Source of the DNA: Paramoeba atlantica
Taxonomy: Eukaryota > Protista > Discosea
Assembly (NCBI GenBank): GCA_977017575.1
Contig: CDRNVI010000003.1
Coordinates: 496,001 to 560,000 of the forward strand
Direction of reading: 5' to 3'
DNA length: 64,000 nucleotides
The notes beneath the pieces are model-generated. The model searched no databases. It was not told the DNA's origin and saw only the letters and a program-made list of their open reading frames with translations. Positions 43,940-54,580 of this stretch are shown here, piece after piece; the stretch's first letter is position 1, and the number at the start of each line of letters is the position of its first letter. The position numbers and the translations under genes are program-made.

Positions 43940-44165
43940 AAACCTTAAATTTAATTTTTAAAAGTGATATACAGAGAGGAAAAATATCTTCCTGTTAAGA
44001 AGACTTTTAGTTAAATAGTGCTAACGGCATACTAATGGCAATTACTAATGCCTATTCGGAGAGCTGCTTCCTTTCTTTTTTGAGCAACTTTTTGCCCTTT
44101 TCAGCTTCAATCACAAATCCCAATATCCGCCCCTGATTTTATCTTATACCGTCCCGTTGCTAATG

Positions 44166-44235
44166 CTTTTCAGCTATGTTTAAGAGTCGTCATGAGTGTA
44201 CGATAGGGATAACTTTCTATATGCATCATATAAAG
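44166..44235 (-). ncRNA. Candidate box C/D snoRNA (possible guide for the LSU rRNA G equivalent to yeast Gm2815)
   Basis: Minus strand: CTTT/AAAG terminal stem, box C-like ATGATGC, box D CTGA, 70 nt. Carries AGTTATCCCT, complementary to conserved LSU AGGGAUAACU. The D' box would be a degenerate CGTA. Confidence 0.4.
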
Positions 44236-44673
44236 AGGCTAGAATTTCCGTTTGCACTATAGCTAGAGATTTACCCCCAGTATAAGAAAGGTGATCAATT
44301 TTTTTTCTTTTAGCCGCTTTATTAAGCACGCTGTTTGTTTTCAAAGTGAAATACGAGACAGTGGTGCATTCGAAATTGCAAACAACTGCCGCACTTAATG
44401 AAGCTGCCCAAAAGAAAGACTATTACATCATGAACCATTCCGCACAGAATGGCCCAAATGATGTACAAGATTGTTTTTTCATGCAGGACAAGACCTGCAG
44501 AGATATTTAGGCCCAGTAGGGGTAGGCGCAATCAACACTCCCATCTGGACCTTTTCGCCTTCCGCGGCGACACAGGGAAAAGCGCGGGATATCATCCCCA
44601 GGAAAGCGAAAAGAAACGGTCCCATCGGGCAAACCATGTGTAATCAAATTGCAACCGTACCGATCCTCAGTAA

Positions 44674-45348
44674 TTAGTATCTCCTAAGCACCACGAATAT
44701 AGGAACTGATCCGTCAAAAATAATTCCTTCTTCGTCAATGTACAATGTGCTCATACCCTTAGGAAGGTGATCAAAGGTCACGGCGCCACTAAAACGATTA
44801 TACGCAAGGCGGAGGCGAATTAGTCCATCTGGCAAGCGCGTGAAGTCCAATGAACCCGATAACTGGTTCCCGCAAAGATTTAAGCTGCACAGTGCAGGAG
44901 GAAGTTGTGTTAGATCAATTGGCCCTGAAAAGCGAGTGCTCGGAGATGAGAATTCTTGTAGCCCTCGTGGTAGAAGGGAAGTTTCAATTCTACCCTCTAG
45001 GTAATTTTTTGCCAGTAGACATCCCTTAAGAGCAGCCCCAAGATGAAGGTCTGTAACGGTGGAGGGGAGGTGTGCCCAGTCCAATGTCCCATGTAAGGCG
45101 AGACCACCCCAACGAATCGCTATGACTGTAGCAGGATACGTACAATCGACTCCAGCCCACTCCGTCACAGACTTCTCTGCCGTCCAAGTCTTATGGTATT
45201 TGGAATAACGCGGTACCGTGACATTTGATATAAAGCGAGAGAGCTCATACTCTGGGGGAAGAATGTTTCCTCTAACTTTGCCTGGGCGAGACTGGGTGGT
45301 GTCGGCGCAGAATGGTAAAAAATAAATGCGAGGTACTCCGTTCATGAA
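44674..45348 (-). CDS. Short LRR protein (expanded family, copy 2)
   Basis: GKVRGNILPPEYELSRF, W.GVDC cap, then LP..L..L.L..N.(L/F)SG.LD repeats. Start at MNGVP. Confidence 0.85.
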   Translation of the reverse strand, partial: FMNGVPRIYFLPFCADTTQSRPGKVRGNILPPEYELSRFISNVTVPRYSKYHKTWTAEKSVTEWAGVDCTYPATVIAIRWGGLALHGTLDWAHLPSTVTDLHLGAALKGCLLAKNYLEGRIETSLLPRGLQEFSSPSTRFSGPIDLTQLPPALCSLNLCGNQLSGSLDFTRLPDGLIRLRLAYNRFSGAVTFDHLPKGMSTLYIDEEGIIFDGSVPIFVVLRRY

Positions 45349-45579
45349 CTCATTCAGAAAATGTAAGCACAACTTCAATCAAAAGTTACGTAAAAAATTA
45401 TTCTATCCCAATTGCACACTTAAAAACCTGGACAGGGTTTAAAAATTTGTATTCCTGACAGACGATTATTTTCGGGTGCCCGCCATAAGATTTTTAAATT
45501 TTAAACAGGTTTTATACTGTAGATTCCGCCCGAAATGTGCTACCAGCATAAATAATTGTTACAAAAAAAGTAGCGTTAG

Positions 45580-46143
45580 TCAATTTTTTTTCACTCCCTG
45601 AACCATGAGGTCTAAAAATTTACGATTGTTTTGGCCTTTCATACTACTCGCCCCTTTTTTAAGCGAATTATCATCGTCGTCGGATGACCACATGTCCTTC
45701 GTACCGCTGCTATCCCTTTCATTTGTTGCTTCCTGAGATCTCACGCCTTGGCATATTGTATTAAATAGTTGAACAATACCCAAAGTTGCTACACGGCGAA
45801 GTCGGGTTTCCAAGTCAGGGATCCTGCTGTGGTGTGGCAATACTCGTAAATATGATTGCCTACGCACCTCCTTTCGAAGAAGCTCTGATGCCTTATTTTC
45901 CTGCTGTTTTAATTCAGGAAGGTCAATGAAGACATCTGCTTCGCTTTCCGAACCTTCAGAAACGATTTGTAACTCGGAAGCGTCTTTTTTCGCTACCTCA
46001 ATTCTTTTCCTCTGCCGTTTATTTCGAATTTTTTCACGCGCAGTGTCTAAAGTTTTTTGGGCTTCATCGCGACGTAAATGTGATAGAAAGGTGCCTTTCG
46101 ACTGCAATATTTGTCGAACTTTGTCTTCGGCAATGGAGCTCAT
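45580..46143 (-). CDS. RRP15: rRNA-processing protein RRP15
   Basis: DLETRLRRVATLGIVQLFNTI is the RRP15 core motif; KFLDL near the C-terminus. Confidence 0.82.
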   Translation of the reverse strand: MSSIAEDKVRQILQSKGTFLSHLRRDEAQKTLDTAREKIRNKRQRKRIEVAKKDASELQIVSEGSESEADVFIDLPELKQQENKASELLRKEVRRQSYLRVLPHHSRIPDLETRLRRVATLGIVQLFNTICQGVRSQEATNERDSSGTKDMWSSDDDDNSLKKGASSMKGQNNRKFLDLMVQGVKKN

Positions 46144-46330
46144 TGAGAAATTATAAATGTGCTTATATTTTCAGTTCAATATATTACGTTACTAATTGGA
46201 TGAACAGAATAAGCTGAAAACTTAATAGTATTAGCCCGTATACACATGTACATGACCCAACTCGAAATCAAGTAAACAAAAATCGGTTGCAAATACCGGA
46301 AGTATTACAGTAGTAGTTCCAATAAGCAAT

Positions 46331-47548
46331 TTACCTATTCGAGGAAACTGATTTTACCGCACTAAGACGTCGCCGAACTTCGCATAAACTCTGCAGTATT
46401 TCGCAAAAATTCTTCTTTGCTTCCAGAAACAACTCTTTCGCTTTTTCTAGTTTTGGAAGTGAGGATTCCTCCAAATCAGTAGATGCTTGAATTATTTTTA
46501 CGAGCTGTTCACTATCCGTAAGCGTCTTCTCCAACCGAGTTTTTTTCGAATTGAACTCAGCATGGATTCCTTTGAGTTGCGAAACGCCATGCTCTGTAAA
46601 TGTTGATTCAGAGGGATTGTACAAAGAACACACTTCCAATGGGGTGCAAGGTGAAATTGTTACTTGAGGCTTTCCGAAAAGAAAATATGGTGTATCCAGG
46701 AGGGCTTCTACTGCTGGAAAGTTGAGGAATCGAACCATGGCACACATACGCATCTCGTCGCATTGTATGGCACATACGGTTGCGTAGTCCATAAAGAAAG
46801 GGATCAATTCATTTATATCCGTTACGTCGCAGGGAATGTGCTCCACCGTGACACACGTTCTCGGTACCATCCATTGGTGCGAAACAGAGACTGTGCAAGT
46901 ACAGGAGGCTGCGTACTCCTTCGGTAGCATTTCCCAGTTGGACTTTAGAACTGTGTAAGGAAAAAGAGCGGGTGAAGAGTGCTCTCTTTCACGGTACTTC
47001 TCAATGGCATGAGGTCGCAAAGACCTTTTAGCATGGCGAGAAGCAGAGATTGCTATCGGTGCTGTTGTAGAGGGAAGGATTGCGGCTTCCTCCAGATTCC
47101 TACCGCCTAACACACTCTTCTTTTCACCGGCCACTATGGTTTCCCTTCCTTCATTTCTCGCAGGAGAAGAAATCGCAACGTTGCTCGTCCGAGCAGCTTC
47201 CGAAGCCGGAATTTGAGGAAAATATTGTAGGGTGTGCTTTTCAGAGGCATCAACTATTACAAACCAATTTTTTTTCAACAATTTTGTCACGAGATTCAAT
47301 ATTTCTGGATCGTCTATGAGCGGGAGTAAAGCCTCCCGCAGAGTGGCCTGTGGATCACTTCCTGCGCGTTGCATGAGGAGTACGTGGTTGCAAACCACAT
47401 TCGCAATCATACCCGCAGAACCGGTCATTTCTGCGTCGTTCTTTTGTGACCTGTCAGACCAATTATTGATCAGTGGCTCCACAAGATCCATGGCAGCTCT
47501 TTGTATGTGCCACCGGATCTCCTCTTCATTGTACGGACCGTAAGTCAT
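46331..47548 (-). CDS. RRM protein with possible N-terminal PWI-like domain and C-terminal coiled coil (RBM26/27-like)
   Basis: TCVTVEHIPCDVTDINELIPFF..YATVCAIQ....AMVRF resembles the RBM26/27 RRM (LEVRKIP.ELNNI..L..HF..FG.IVNIQ); heptad-rich C-terminus. Confidence 0.55.
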   Translation of the reverse strand: MTYGPYNEEEIRWHIQRAAMDLVEPLINNWSDRSQKNDAEMTGSAGMIANVVCNHVLLMQRAGSDPQATLREALLPLIDDPEILNLVTKLLKKNWFVIVDASEKHTLQYFPQIPASEAARTSNVAISSPARNEGRETIVAGEKKSVLGGRNLEEAAILPSTTAPIAISASRHAKRSLRPHAIEKYREREHSSPALFPYTVLKSNWEMLPKEYAASCTCTVSVSHQWMVPRTCVTVEHIPCDVTDINELIPFFMDYATVCAIQCDEMRMCAMVRFLNFPAVEALLDTPYFLFGKPQVTISPCTPLEVCSLYNPSESTFTEHGVSQLKGIHAEFNSKKTRLEKTLTDSEQLVKIIQASTDLEESSLPKLEKAKELFLEAKKNFCEILQSLCEVRRRLSAVKSVSSNR

Positions 47549-47712
47549 GAAAATATTTCATACTAATGAAAGGGCATTAACACTTGCTAAATAACGTAGT
47601 GGTGAAACGGGTATAAATATTTCTCTCTCAAAGGTATGTCTTGATATTGCATAGTGATAAATTTAGAATGAGAGATCCACATAGGTTTACGAATACGCAT
47701 CCTTCGTATCAA

Positions 47713-49608
47713 CTATTTCCTCCGCTCTTTTTGCTGAGATAAAAAGCCTCTCTCTGAGAATCGTTCGAGAGCCAAATTTTGGTTGTCATCTATGGTTCTG
47801 CCTTTCTTCGACATAACTTTGCGTGCCTGTGGACTCTCCTCGGATAGGCCAATGGGTTCGTCGTCGGAATTTCTTTTCTGCTCCTCGGTTTCATCTTCGC
47901 CCAACGTAATATTCTGTTCTGCGTGCTTGAGTCGCCATCGTGCTGTGCGAACCTCCTTGCGTCCATGTGTTCTTTGTCGGAGTTTGTATCGTTCAACGCC
48001 CTCCATCTTGTTCAACCGTTTTTCTCTCTTGTGCTTCCTTTCAAGTCGGTGACGATTGGCCTCGGCAATCTCCTTGTGCTTCTGATTTTTGAATTTCTCG
48101 ATTACGTTGATCTCTTCCTCCGAATCCTCGGTGCCTGACTTGTCATCCGGAATTCCATTCTCTTCAGCTTTACGCTCTGCGTGGACCCTCTGGCGTTCCA
48201 GCAGCTTCTTTCGTCCTGTCTCGACATGCGCGCTGGCCACGACACCTCCAAGCGAAATGCTATCCGCGGGGAGCTTATCCAGAAGCATGTGAACCGGCCG
48301 CTCCCGCATTTGCTTCCCACTTTCGAAAACATCCGCGTGGTAGAAATCCGGCACCGCACATCCCGCGCCCGGGATCAGAATACTCGAAAACCCCTCACTG
48401 TGACCTATCCCCAACACATCCTCATACGGACAAAACTGCACCTTCCTCACCTGCGTCATCCTCTTTTCAAAATTATACGCCATATACGGCTTCTTTACCC
48501 CACTCCCCCCTTGCGTAAACAACCCCCTCCACACCTCCACCCTCGGCCCCATCCCCACCGCGAGCATATCCTGATCCCCCACCCCCAACGCCGAACCCTG
48601 CGGCGTGTACACCTGCGCCACCCCCCGCATGGTGCGCAGATCCCACACCCGGGTCACGCTATCCCCCCCCTGGGTACACAGGTACCACCCGGTCCCATCC
48701 AACCCCACCCCGGTCACCGCCCCGCGGGACACCGCGATCTTCCCCAGCGCCTCCTTCCCCAGGGGGCTCCACAGCGAGACCACCCCATTACTGTGGCCCA
48801 CCGTAAGCACGTTGGTCCGCGGGTTCCGACACAGCGCCTGGGTCGGCCCCAGCCGCGCGCGGTGTACCCCCACGAGCTTCCCGGTACTCACATCGAGCCA
48901 TGTGAGGAGTCCGGTCTTACTTCCCCCACACAGTAAGAAGTGTTGGGGAAGAAAGGCTAAATGGGTGGTGTTCGCGAACTCCCGGAGTTGGTGGATCTCT
49001 GTGGCCTCGTGGTTGTAGATGTAGGTGTAGGCTTTTTGGGCCACCGCGAACAGTTGGGCGTCGTGGAGATAGTGCAGGTCGTGGGCTCTTTCTTTAAGTT
49101 GGGTCTCGGCTTGGAGGGTAAAGTGTTTCCAGTGGAGGGTGGCGAGATGGCCACGGGAGCCGAGGAGAGCGAGGGTGGAGCCGTTGGGGGGGTAGGCGAA
49201 GGTGTAGGGGCCGAGGGTGGGGAGGGTGAGGTGGAAGTGCTTGCGGGCGGTGGGGGTGGGGGTGGAGGCCAGGAGGGTGGCTTGGGTGAGGGTGTAGGTT
49301 TTTTCGTCGGGGGTTTCGGGGAGGAGGTAGCCCTCGGGTTGCTCGTCGAGGAGTTCGGCACGGGCAAGACGACGGACGGCGGTGCGGATTTTGTGTTCGC
49401 TTTTGCGAAGGGTGGCTTTGAGACGTTTAGAGGAGGGGTCGAGGTGGGTGGTTTCGTTTTCGGTACCGCGGAGGTATTTGGTGCGGGAGGGGGCTGTGTG
49501 GGGTTCCAGTTTTGGTTTTGAAGTGTGTTTGGGGCGAAAGGATGTTTTTTCAGGTTCCTCCTCGCCTTCGGAGTCTGACTTGTACCACCGGGGAAGTGAT
49601 GCGTCCAT
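47713..49608 (-). CDS. UTP7: U3 snoRNP-associated WD40 protein UTP7/WDR46 (BING4)
   Basis: LGPY...Y..NG..L...G.RGHLA..W, VGHSNGVVSLWSP, QFCPYEDVLGIGHSEGFSSILIPGAG and the BING4CT E..V..LLDKLPADSI motif. Confidence 0.93.
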   Translation of the reverse strand: MDASLPRWYKSDSEGEEEPEKTSFRPKHTSKPKLEPHTAPSRTKYLRGTENETTHLDPSSKRLKATLRKSEHKIRTAVRRLARAELLDEQPEGYLLPETPDEKTYTLTQATLLASTPTPTARKHFHLTLPTLGPYTFAYPPNGSTLALLGSRGHLATLHWKHFTLQAETQLKERAHDLHYLHDAQLFAVAQKAYTYIYNHEATEIHQLREFANTTHLAFLPQHFLLCGGSKTGLLTWLDVSTGKLVGVHRARLGPTQALCRNPRTNVLTVGHSNGVVSLWSPLGKEALGKIAVSRGAVTGVGLDGTGWYLCTQGGDSVTRVWDLRTMRGVAQVYTPQGSALGVGDQDMLAVGMGPRVEVWRGLFTQGGSGVKKPYMAYNFEKRMTQVRKVQFCPYEDVLGIGHSEGFSSILIPGAGCAVPDFYHADVFESGKQMRERPVHMLLDKLPADSISLGGVVASAHVETGRKKLLERQRVHAERKAEENGIPDDKSGTEDSEEEINVIEKFKNQKHKEIAEANRHRLERKHKREKRLNKMEGVERYKLRQRTHGRKEVRTARWRLKHAEQNITLGEDETEEQKRNSDDEPIGLSEESPQARKVMSKKGRTIDDNQNLALERFSERGFLSQQKERRK

Positions 49609-50069
49609 GTGTTTGATAAAAAGAGATGCTCTTGAAATAATGTTTTCTAAATAACTTTTGAATTCTACGACGAGTCGATAACCTCAAAACGAAACATGCG
49701 AAATACATCTAAATTTGTGTTTTCGGCCTTTTTTTGCAGAGAAGTCCTCAAGAAAATATACATGGTGTATGCATGTACGTAGGAGCAAGCTATTCGTTGT
49801 CCAACTTCAACAATTTCGTCTTTCCTAAATTCGGTCCTAAAATTTTGGACGGAGTGCTCAGGTATGCTAACTTGACTTCTCAATACGTCTGACACTGTCA
49901 TCGCAAGCGGGTAGTGTAATGCATAGCGCACTAACAATCTAAAAAAGCACATCGGATTATCTTAAACGCCTAAACCTTCCTTTTTACCGCCATACATGTA
50001 TGTTAATCCGCCAGATATATGAAGAACGATGGCCCTTTCTATTCTGTACACACATAACACAAACCAATA

Positions 50070-52295
50070 TCAATGGCGTCGCCTTCGCTTGTCGTCACTT
50101 CTTGGGGCATAGTCGCGATGCCTACTCTTCATGCTTTGCTCTGAAAATTCTTGATGCTTTGATGACTCATCCTCAGGTACGGAGAGTTGACCTTTAGTGT
50201 CGATCTCCACGCCCCAAGTGTGGAAACGGAATCCGGACATTCCTGACCAATTCAGCCTGGGGTCCGTAGTAAGCGGGGAGATGGAGTTTTTGCGGTGAAC
50301 CAAATTCTGTTGCTTTGGTATAGGCGGGGGAGCTTCCAGGTATTTCGGCTGAATGTCTTCCTCCGGCCAGTCAAAGCGGTAGCGATGCACCCCTTTGGGC
50401 AGTTTTCGTGTCTTTTTTGAAGTCTTGTGATCCGCAATGCTCCCAGAAAGACCATGGTGACCACATAGAAGGAAAAATTTCGAAGAATCTGTGTTGGTTT
50501 CATTGCTTGCCCACTCTTCTACGATTAAATTGTCGTTGTGCACGAACAGGCGGATTCCTAAGCGCTCACAACGTCGTTGATCCGCAGGAGAGAGTCGGCT
50601 AATGTGAACTTTTGTCTCCTCCCGTATCTCATCTAGGTTGATTTTCGGAAGAATCGCAAGCTCCATCCACCGTGGGGGGCAATTCGAGCAATCCGATCGA
50701 AACTTCTCAGGGAAATAGCTTTTCAGTGAGGTGTCCATCAACCGGACTAGCCGTGAAGGTAGCAGCTTCTCCGCTCCCTCACGCGGAATCACAATCAGCA
50801 GTTGTTGCAGAGGAAGTAATGGGGTACCCGGGCGGGTAAACGACAGGTCCTCCGGGGTCAGTTTCTCCGGATAGATGGCCTCCAGAGAGGGGCCGTACAG
50901 GTAAGGGTAGCACCAGTCCCAGTCAGGGCAGTCCCGGTGGTAGTAGTGCTGCACCCACTGCAACCCATGGAGGTACTCCCTGTTCACCATCGCACGCGCG
51001 GCGCTCATATCCCCTTCCGGGTCCGTACTGTCTTCCGGTAGACTTTGTGGCCAGTGCGCTTTGTAATACCGGTCCTGCCACCCCGGGACACTTACGCACA
51101 CGGGGTCGTTGGTAAACAGTTTTGCGGTCTTCTTCCACGCATACATCTCTGCTCGTCGTCGTAGTGTGCTCCAGAACACAATCTCTGCGGATCCACCAAA
51201 TGCCTCGTGTTCCTCCACATCTTTTTGGTACTGTTTTTCAATCTTATCGTACCAGCTCACAACATCCCGTGTGGGATCCTGGACGGCGACCAGGACGTGA
51301 TTCAGCGCGCGAACAAACACTTGCAGCCCCTCGACGTTAATATTTCCCGCATAGGTGAGATAATCCCCAATGGTAGGTAGCACGGAGATGTACACCGCCA
51401 GGCACCGTCCAATAGCATTGGATGCAATCTTCATCTGGGGCAACGGGGGAAGAAAGTCATTTCCGACGAAGCAAAAGCAGAGGAGTAAGTCGTCCAACAA
51501 GCGCTCGAAATTCTTCAACATCAACGGCACCTCGGGGTTTAACAAAATTCCGGAAAAACACTGCCGGAAGTACTCCCGGACAATGTTTATACTCACAAAA
51601 ATGTCATCCCGGTAAATCATTATATTCGGGTCATGCACCGAGAGCCCGAGTTGGATTAAATCCGCATCCATCCCCACAAGGCAGTGCGTCAACCGGGGGT
51701 CATACCCCGGCGCCATACGCTGTTTCTTAATAAACTGAATCAGCTTGTGCTCCCCCTCCCCGGGCTCGGAGGTATCCGACAGCAGCCACACCACATCGCG
51801 GTAGGCTGCCCAGGCGGGGTCGGCAATACGCTGGGCGATGTACTGCTCGACGGTCTTGCGCACTTTTACCATAAAGAACGTCCCGGGGGTGATTTGGTTC
51901 GCATCCCACATTGAGGGCATCGAGGGAACACTCATGCCGTACTGCTTCCACTCCTTTGCGAGTAAGTTATACATTTTATAATGCACCCGCATGTTATGTC
52001 GGGAACAGAACCGTCGAGAGCGTTGCTGGGCCATTTTAGCATTCGGCGCGGGGCCGTCAAACGCAAAGTAGATCAGTTTCCGGGGCTGTGCGGCTGAGAT
52101 GATCTCGTCGAGTTTGCTGCAAAAGTTGTTCATCATGACCTCTTCGGAGTCCACGACCCCGGAGACGGCCTCGCTGTGGCAGCAAGGGTGGAGGATTCCG
52201 TTCATGTCGACATAGAGGCAGTCAACTTGCTGTATGTGGACTTGGATGGCGGGGCAATGCGTGACGAGCCATTTGAAATATCCGGGAACACCCAT
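50070..52295 (-). CDS. XRN-family 5'-3' exoribonuclease (compact, Rat1/XRN2-like)
   Basis: MGVPGYFKWL, DCLYVDMNGILHPC, DGPAPNAKMAQQRSRRF, WDANQITPGT, PGEGEHK, GMDADLI, FVGNDFLP and W.W.YPY.Y.P. The paralogue (XRNA-D) was not resolved. Confidence 0.95.
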   Translation of the reverse strand: MGVPGYFKWLVTHCPAIQVHIQQVDCLYVDMNGILHPCCHSEAVSGVVDSEEVMMNNFCSKLDEIISAAQPRKLIYFAFDGPAPNAKMAQQRSRRFCSRHNMRVHYKMYNLLAKEWKQYGMSVPSMPSMWDANQITPGTFFMVKVRKTVEQYIAQRIADPAWAAYRDVVWLLSDTSEPGEGEHKLIQFIKKQRMAPGYDPRLTHCLVGMDADLIQLGLSVHDPNIMIYRDDIFVSINIVREYFRQCFSGILLNPEVPLMLKNFERLLDDLLLCFCFVGNDFLPPLPQMKIASNAIGRCLAVYISVLPTIGDYLTYAGNINVEGLQVFVRALNHVLVAVQDPTRDVVSWYDKIEKQYQKDVEEHEAFGGSAEIVFWSTLRRRAEMYAWKKTAKLFTNDPVCVSVPGWQDRYYKAHWPQSLPEDSTDPEGDMSAARAMVNREYLHGLQWVQHYYHRDCPDWDWCYPYLYGPSLEAIYPEKLTPEDLSFTRPGTPLLPLQQLLIVIPREGAEKLLPSRLVRLMDTSLKSYFPEKFRSDCSNCPPRWMELAILPKINLDEIREETKVHISRLSPADQRRCERLGIRLFVHNDNLIVEEWASNETNTDSSKFFLLCGHHGLSGSIADHKTSKKTRKLPKGVHRYRFDWPEEDIQPKYLEAPPPIPKQQNLVHRKNSISPLTTDPRLNWSGMSGFRFHTWGVEIDTKGQLSVPEDESSKHQEFSEQSMKSRHRDYAPRSDDKRRRRH

Positions 52296-52673
52296 GTAAT
52301 GCGGAAAGTGAGAGAGGTGAGCAAAAAGAGATAAAAAAAATTGAAGCAAAGTTGCGTTTGTGTAGGTACAGTGGTGGAAAAAAAGTTTATTGCATTGAGG
52401 AAGGTGGTAAAATGAGAGTTATGAATTATGCTTCGGTTACTAATAACATCCCGGTTGTAAGGTTCCAGTGATAGTTTCCAGTGCGAGCTTTCATATGTAC
52501 TTAATCCGGAACAGTATTTCGTATGCACATTACTAGAACGCCCGTTGTATACAATTTTTTTCATGAATCACGTTTACTCAAAGGCCACATCGTATTTCCT
52601 CTTTAAACTTTTTTTTATTAGAAATAGTAAATTTATGATTTCATGACAGAACCGACGCCACAGAAGTCTCCGC

Positions 52674-53141
52674 CTATTGTGACTCTGCAACCTCCGTCGG
52701 TCCATCTTTTCCCTTCTCCCAGTGCTTGGAGAAATAGGCCCAACTATTCAATAACAATGCGATCGCTTTCCCCTGGGCGTTCATGATACTGTCCTCGGAG
52801 AGGCTGTTTAGCATTTGCCACGCCTGGAGCTCCATTTGCTTCTTTTCCTGACCCGTGTTTGTGGCCTGGTGAGATCTCTTCAGTCGGTTGACTGCCATTG
52901 CAACCTCCAGGGCAGGACACTCACCTGGAGTTGCGCCTGTTGCCGCAGACTCCGTCGGCTGTGCGGTCTCTGAGGCAGTGCAGTATGAATGCGCTGAGTG
53001 ACTGAAAACAGATTCGCTACAATGAGCAGAGGTTGGAGCAGGTTCGGATAAATGTGAGGTCGGTTTAGAACAGCCCATGACAGCAGGCGAAAGCACCCGC
53101 GGCATTCTGCGCGCAACGTACAGATAGGGAAGTCGTAACAT
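52674..53141 (-). CDS. Small probably mitochondrial hypothetical protein
   Basis: Presequence-like N-terminus (MLRLPYLYVARRMPRVL) and a well-formed helical C-terminal domain (LEVAMAVNRL...LLLNSWAYFSKHWEKG). Confidence 0.7.
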   Translation of the reverse strand: MLRLPYLYVARRMPRVLSPAVMGCSKPTSHLSEPAPTSAHCSESVFSHSAHSYCTASETAQPTESAATGATPGECPALEVAMAVNRLKRSHQATNTGQEKKQMELQAWQMLNSLSEDSIMNAQGKAIALLLNSWAYFSKHWEKGKDGPTEVAESQ

Positions 53142-53228
53142 GAGTGGAAATAAAAGACAGGTGAGGCTAAAAAAATTTTAGTTAGTTCTTATAAAAGGGG
53201 TTTACACAATCAAATAAAGCATATACCC

Positions 53229-53539
53229 TAGACCCCCCCCAGTAATAGACCCCCCCCAGTAACAAGGATTTGACCATTTTTCGGCTGACCCCCAGTAACA
53301 AAGATTTGGCTCGGGAGGGTGGTTGGAGGGGGGAGGGGGTGTTAGGGCGGGTGGGGGTGGCTGGGCGGGGTGAGGGCGGTTGTGAGGGAGCGAATGGCGT
53401 GGTTGCCGGGTTGGGTGGGTTGAAAATCAACGCACCCATGAACAAAAAATATCCTTTCTCACCCAAAAAGCATACCCCCCCAGTAACAAGGATTTGGCCA
53501 TTTTGACCCAAAATCGATTCTATTACTGGGGGGGGTCTA
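53229..53539. mobile_element. MITE with perfect 21-bp TIRs, TA-flanked
   Basis: TAGACCCCCCCCAGTAATAGA (53229-53249) is the exact reverse complement of 53519-53539; internal CCCCCCCAGTAACAAGGATTTG repeats. Confidence 0.88.
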
Positions 53540-53625
53540 CGGTATATGTGAATGACACCAACACAGCACAAACTCTGCAATTTATTCCTCTCTGCATAGG
53601 CGAAGAAAAAATAGTTTGATATACT

Positions 53626-54580
53626 TGAGGGGTTGCGGGTGGTGTCCCGCGAAACAGCGCTGAAACCACGCCGAACCCGCGCGAAACTGTTTCAACCCTC
53701 CAATAATATCAAAAAAAATATCTTTCTTGGGTATTATCATTATCGGTGGAATCTCCCTTTTTTCCCCCATTTTTTTCAGAAAAAAATACTTCGAAGTTTT
53801 TTCGAGTTGAGCGATTTTACCATCCTTCTAGACTCGTATTGGCAAAAGAGAAGACGGACAAAAACAACCTAAATTGCTCAAAAATATATTTTTTTCGAAA
53901 AATAACACCTTTTTCTTTACTATCTTGTGGTTTACAAGTGAACCCAACTCCAAATTTCCACGTCACCCATCCGTCTTCACATCCGAGACATTTTCACATC
54001 CGAGACAATCCATTTCAGCTTAAAAAGATGTTGAAAATAAGCTAAATCAATGAAAAATGTAAAATTCATTATAATTTTTTTTTCAAAAATGTTTTTTTTG
54101 CGCAATTTAGGTTGTTTTCCTCCGAGAAGACACTAACTTATTTAAATCAAGCCATTCGGGGACATTTATAGAAATTAAGAGTTCTACGGCTCAAATTGTG
54201 GCACACCAGGTTGACAAAAGGTGTGATACACTAATAGAGTTCTGTAGGGTATCGATGCTGTATGGACAACACATGAACGAGAGAAATGAGAAATTGAAAT
54301 TACGAATGGCCTTCATTTCAGCCTCAGAAGATGAGCTGATGAAATATAAGTAAAAAATTTTAGTATTTGGAGTGCCCTTCAAAACTTTTAAAATTTTGGG
54401 GGAAAAAAGGGATATTTGACCTCATTATCTTTATTTAATAGTAGTATTTGCGTATTCACGTATAGTTTTCACGGGGGTTTCAGCATTTTTCCCACCTCTA
54501 TCGAGAAAAGGCCTTCGAGTCTCCCTGAAACCGCGCGAAACTGGGCGAAACCGCGCTGAAGCCGCACCAGCAGCCCCTCA
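53626..54580. mobile_element. Putative non-autonomous element with 16-bp imperfect TIRs (possibly Harbinger-derived)
   Basis: TGAGGGGTTGCGGGTG (53626-53641) versus CACCAGCAGCCCCTCA (54565-54580), 14/16 match; GCGAAAC/GCTGAAAC subterminal repeats near both ends. No clear TSD. Confidence 0.55.

Noticed and set aside
45580-52295. Operon-like cluster of RNA-processing genes (RRP15, RBM26-like, UTP7, XRN)
   Set aside because: Kinetoplastid polycistrons are not generally functionally ordered, and RNA-processing genes are a large share of a reduced genome.
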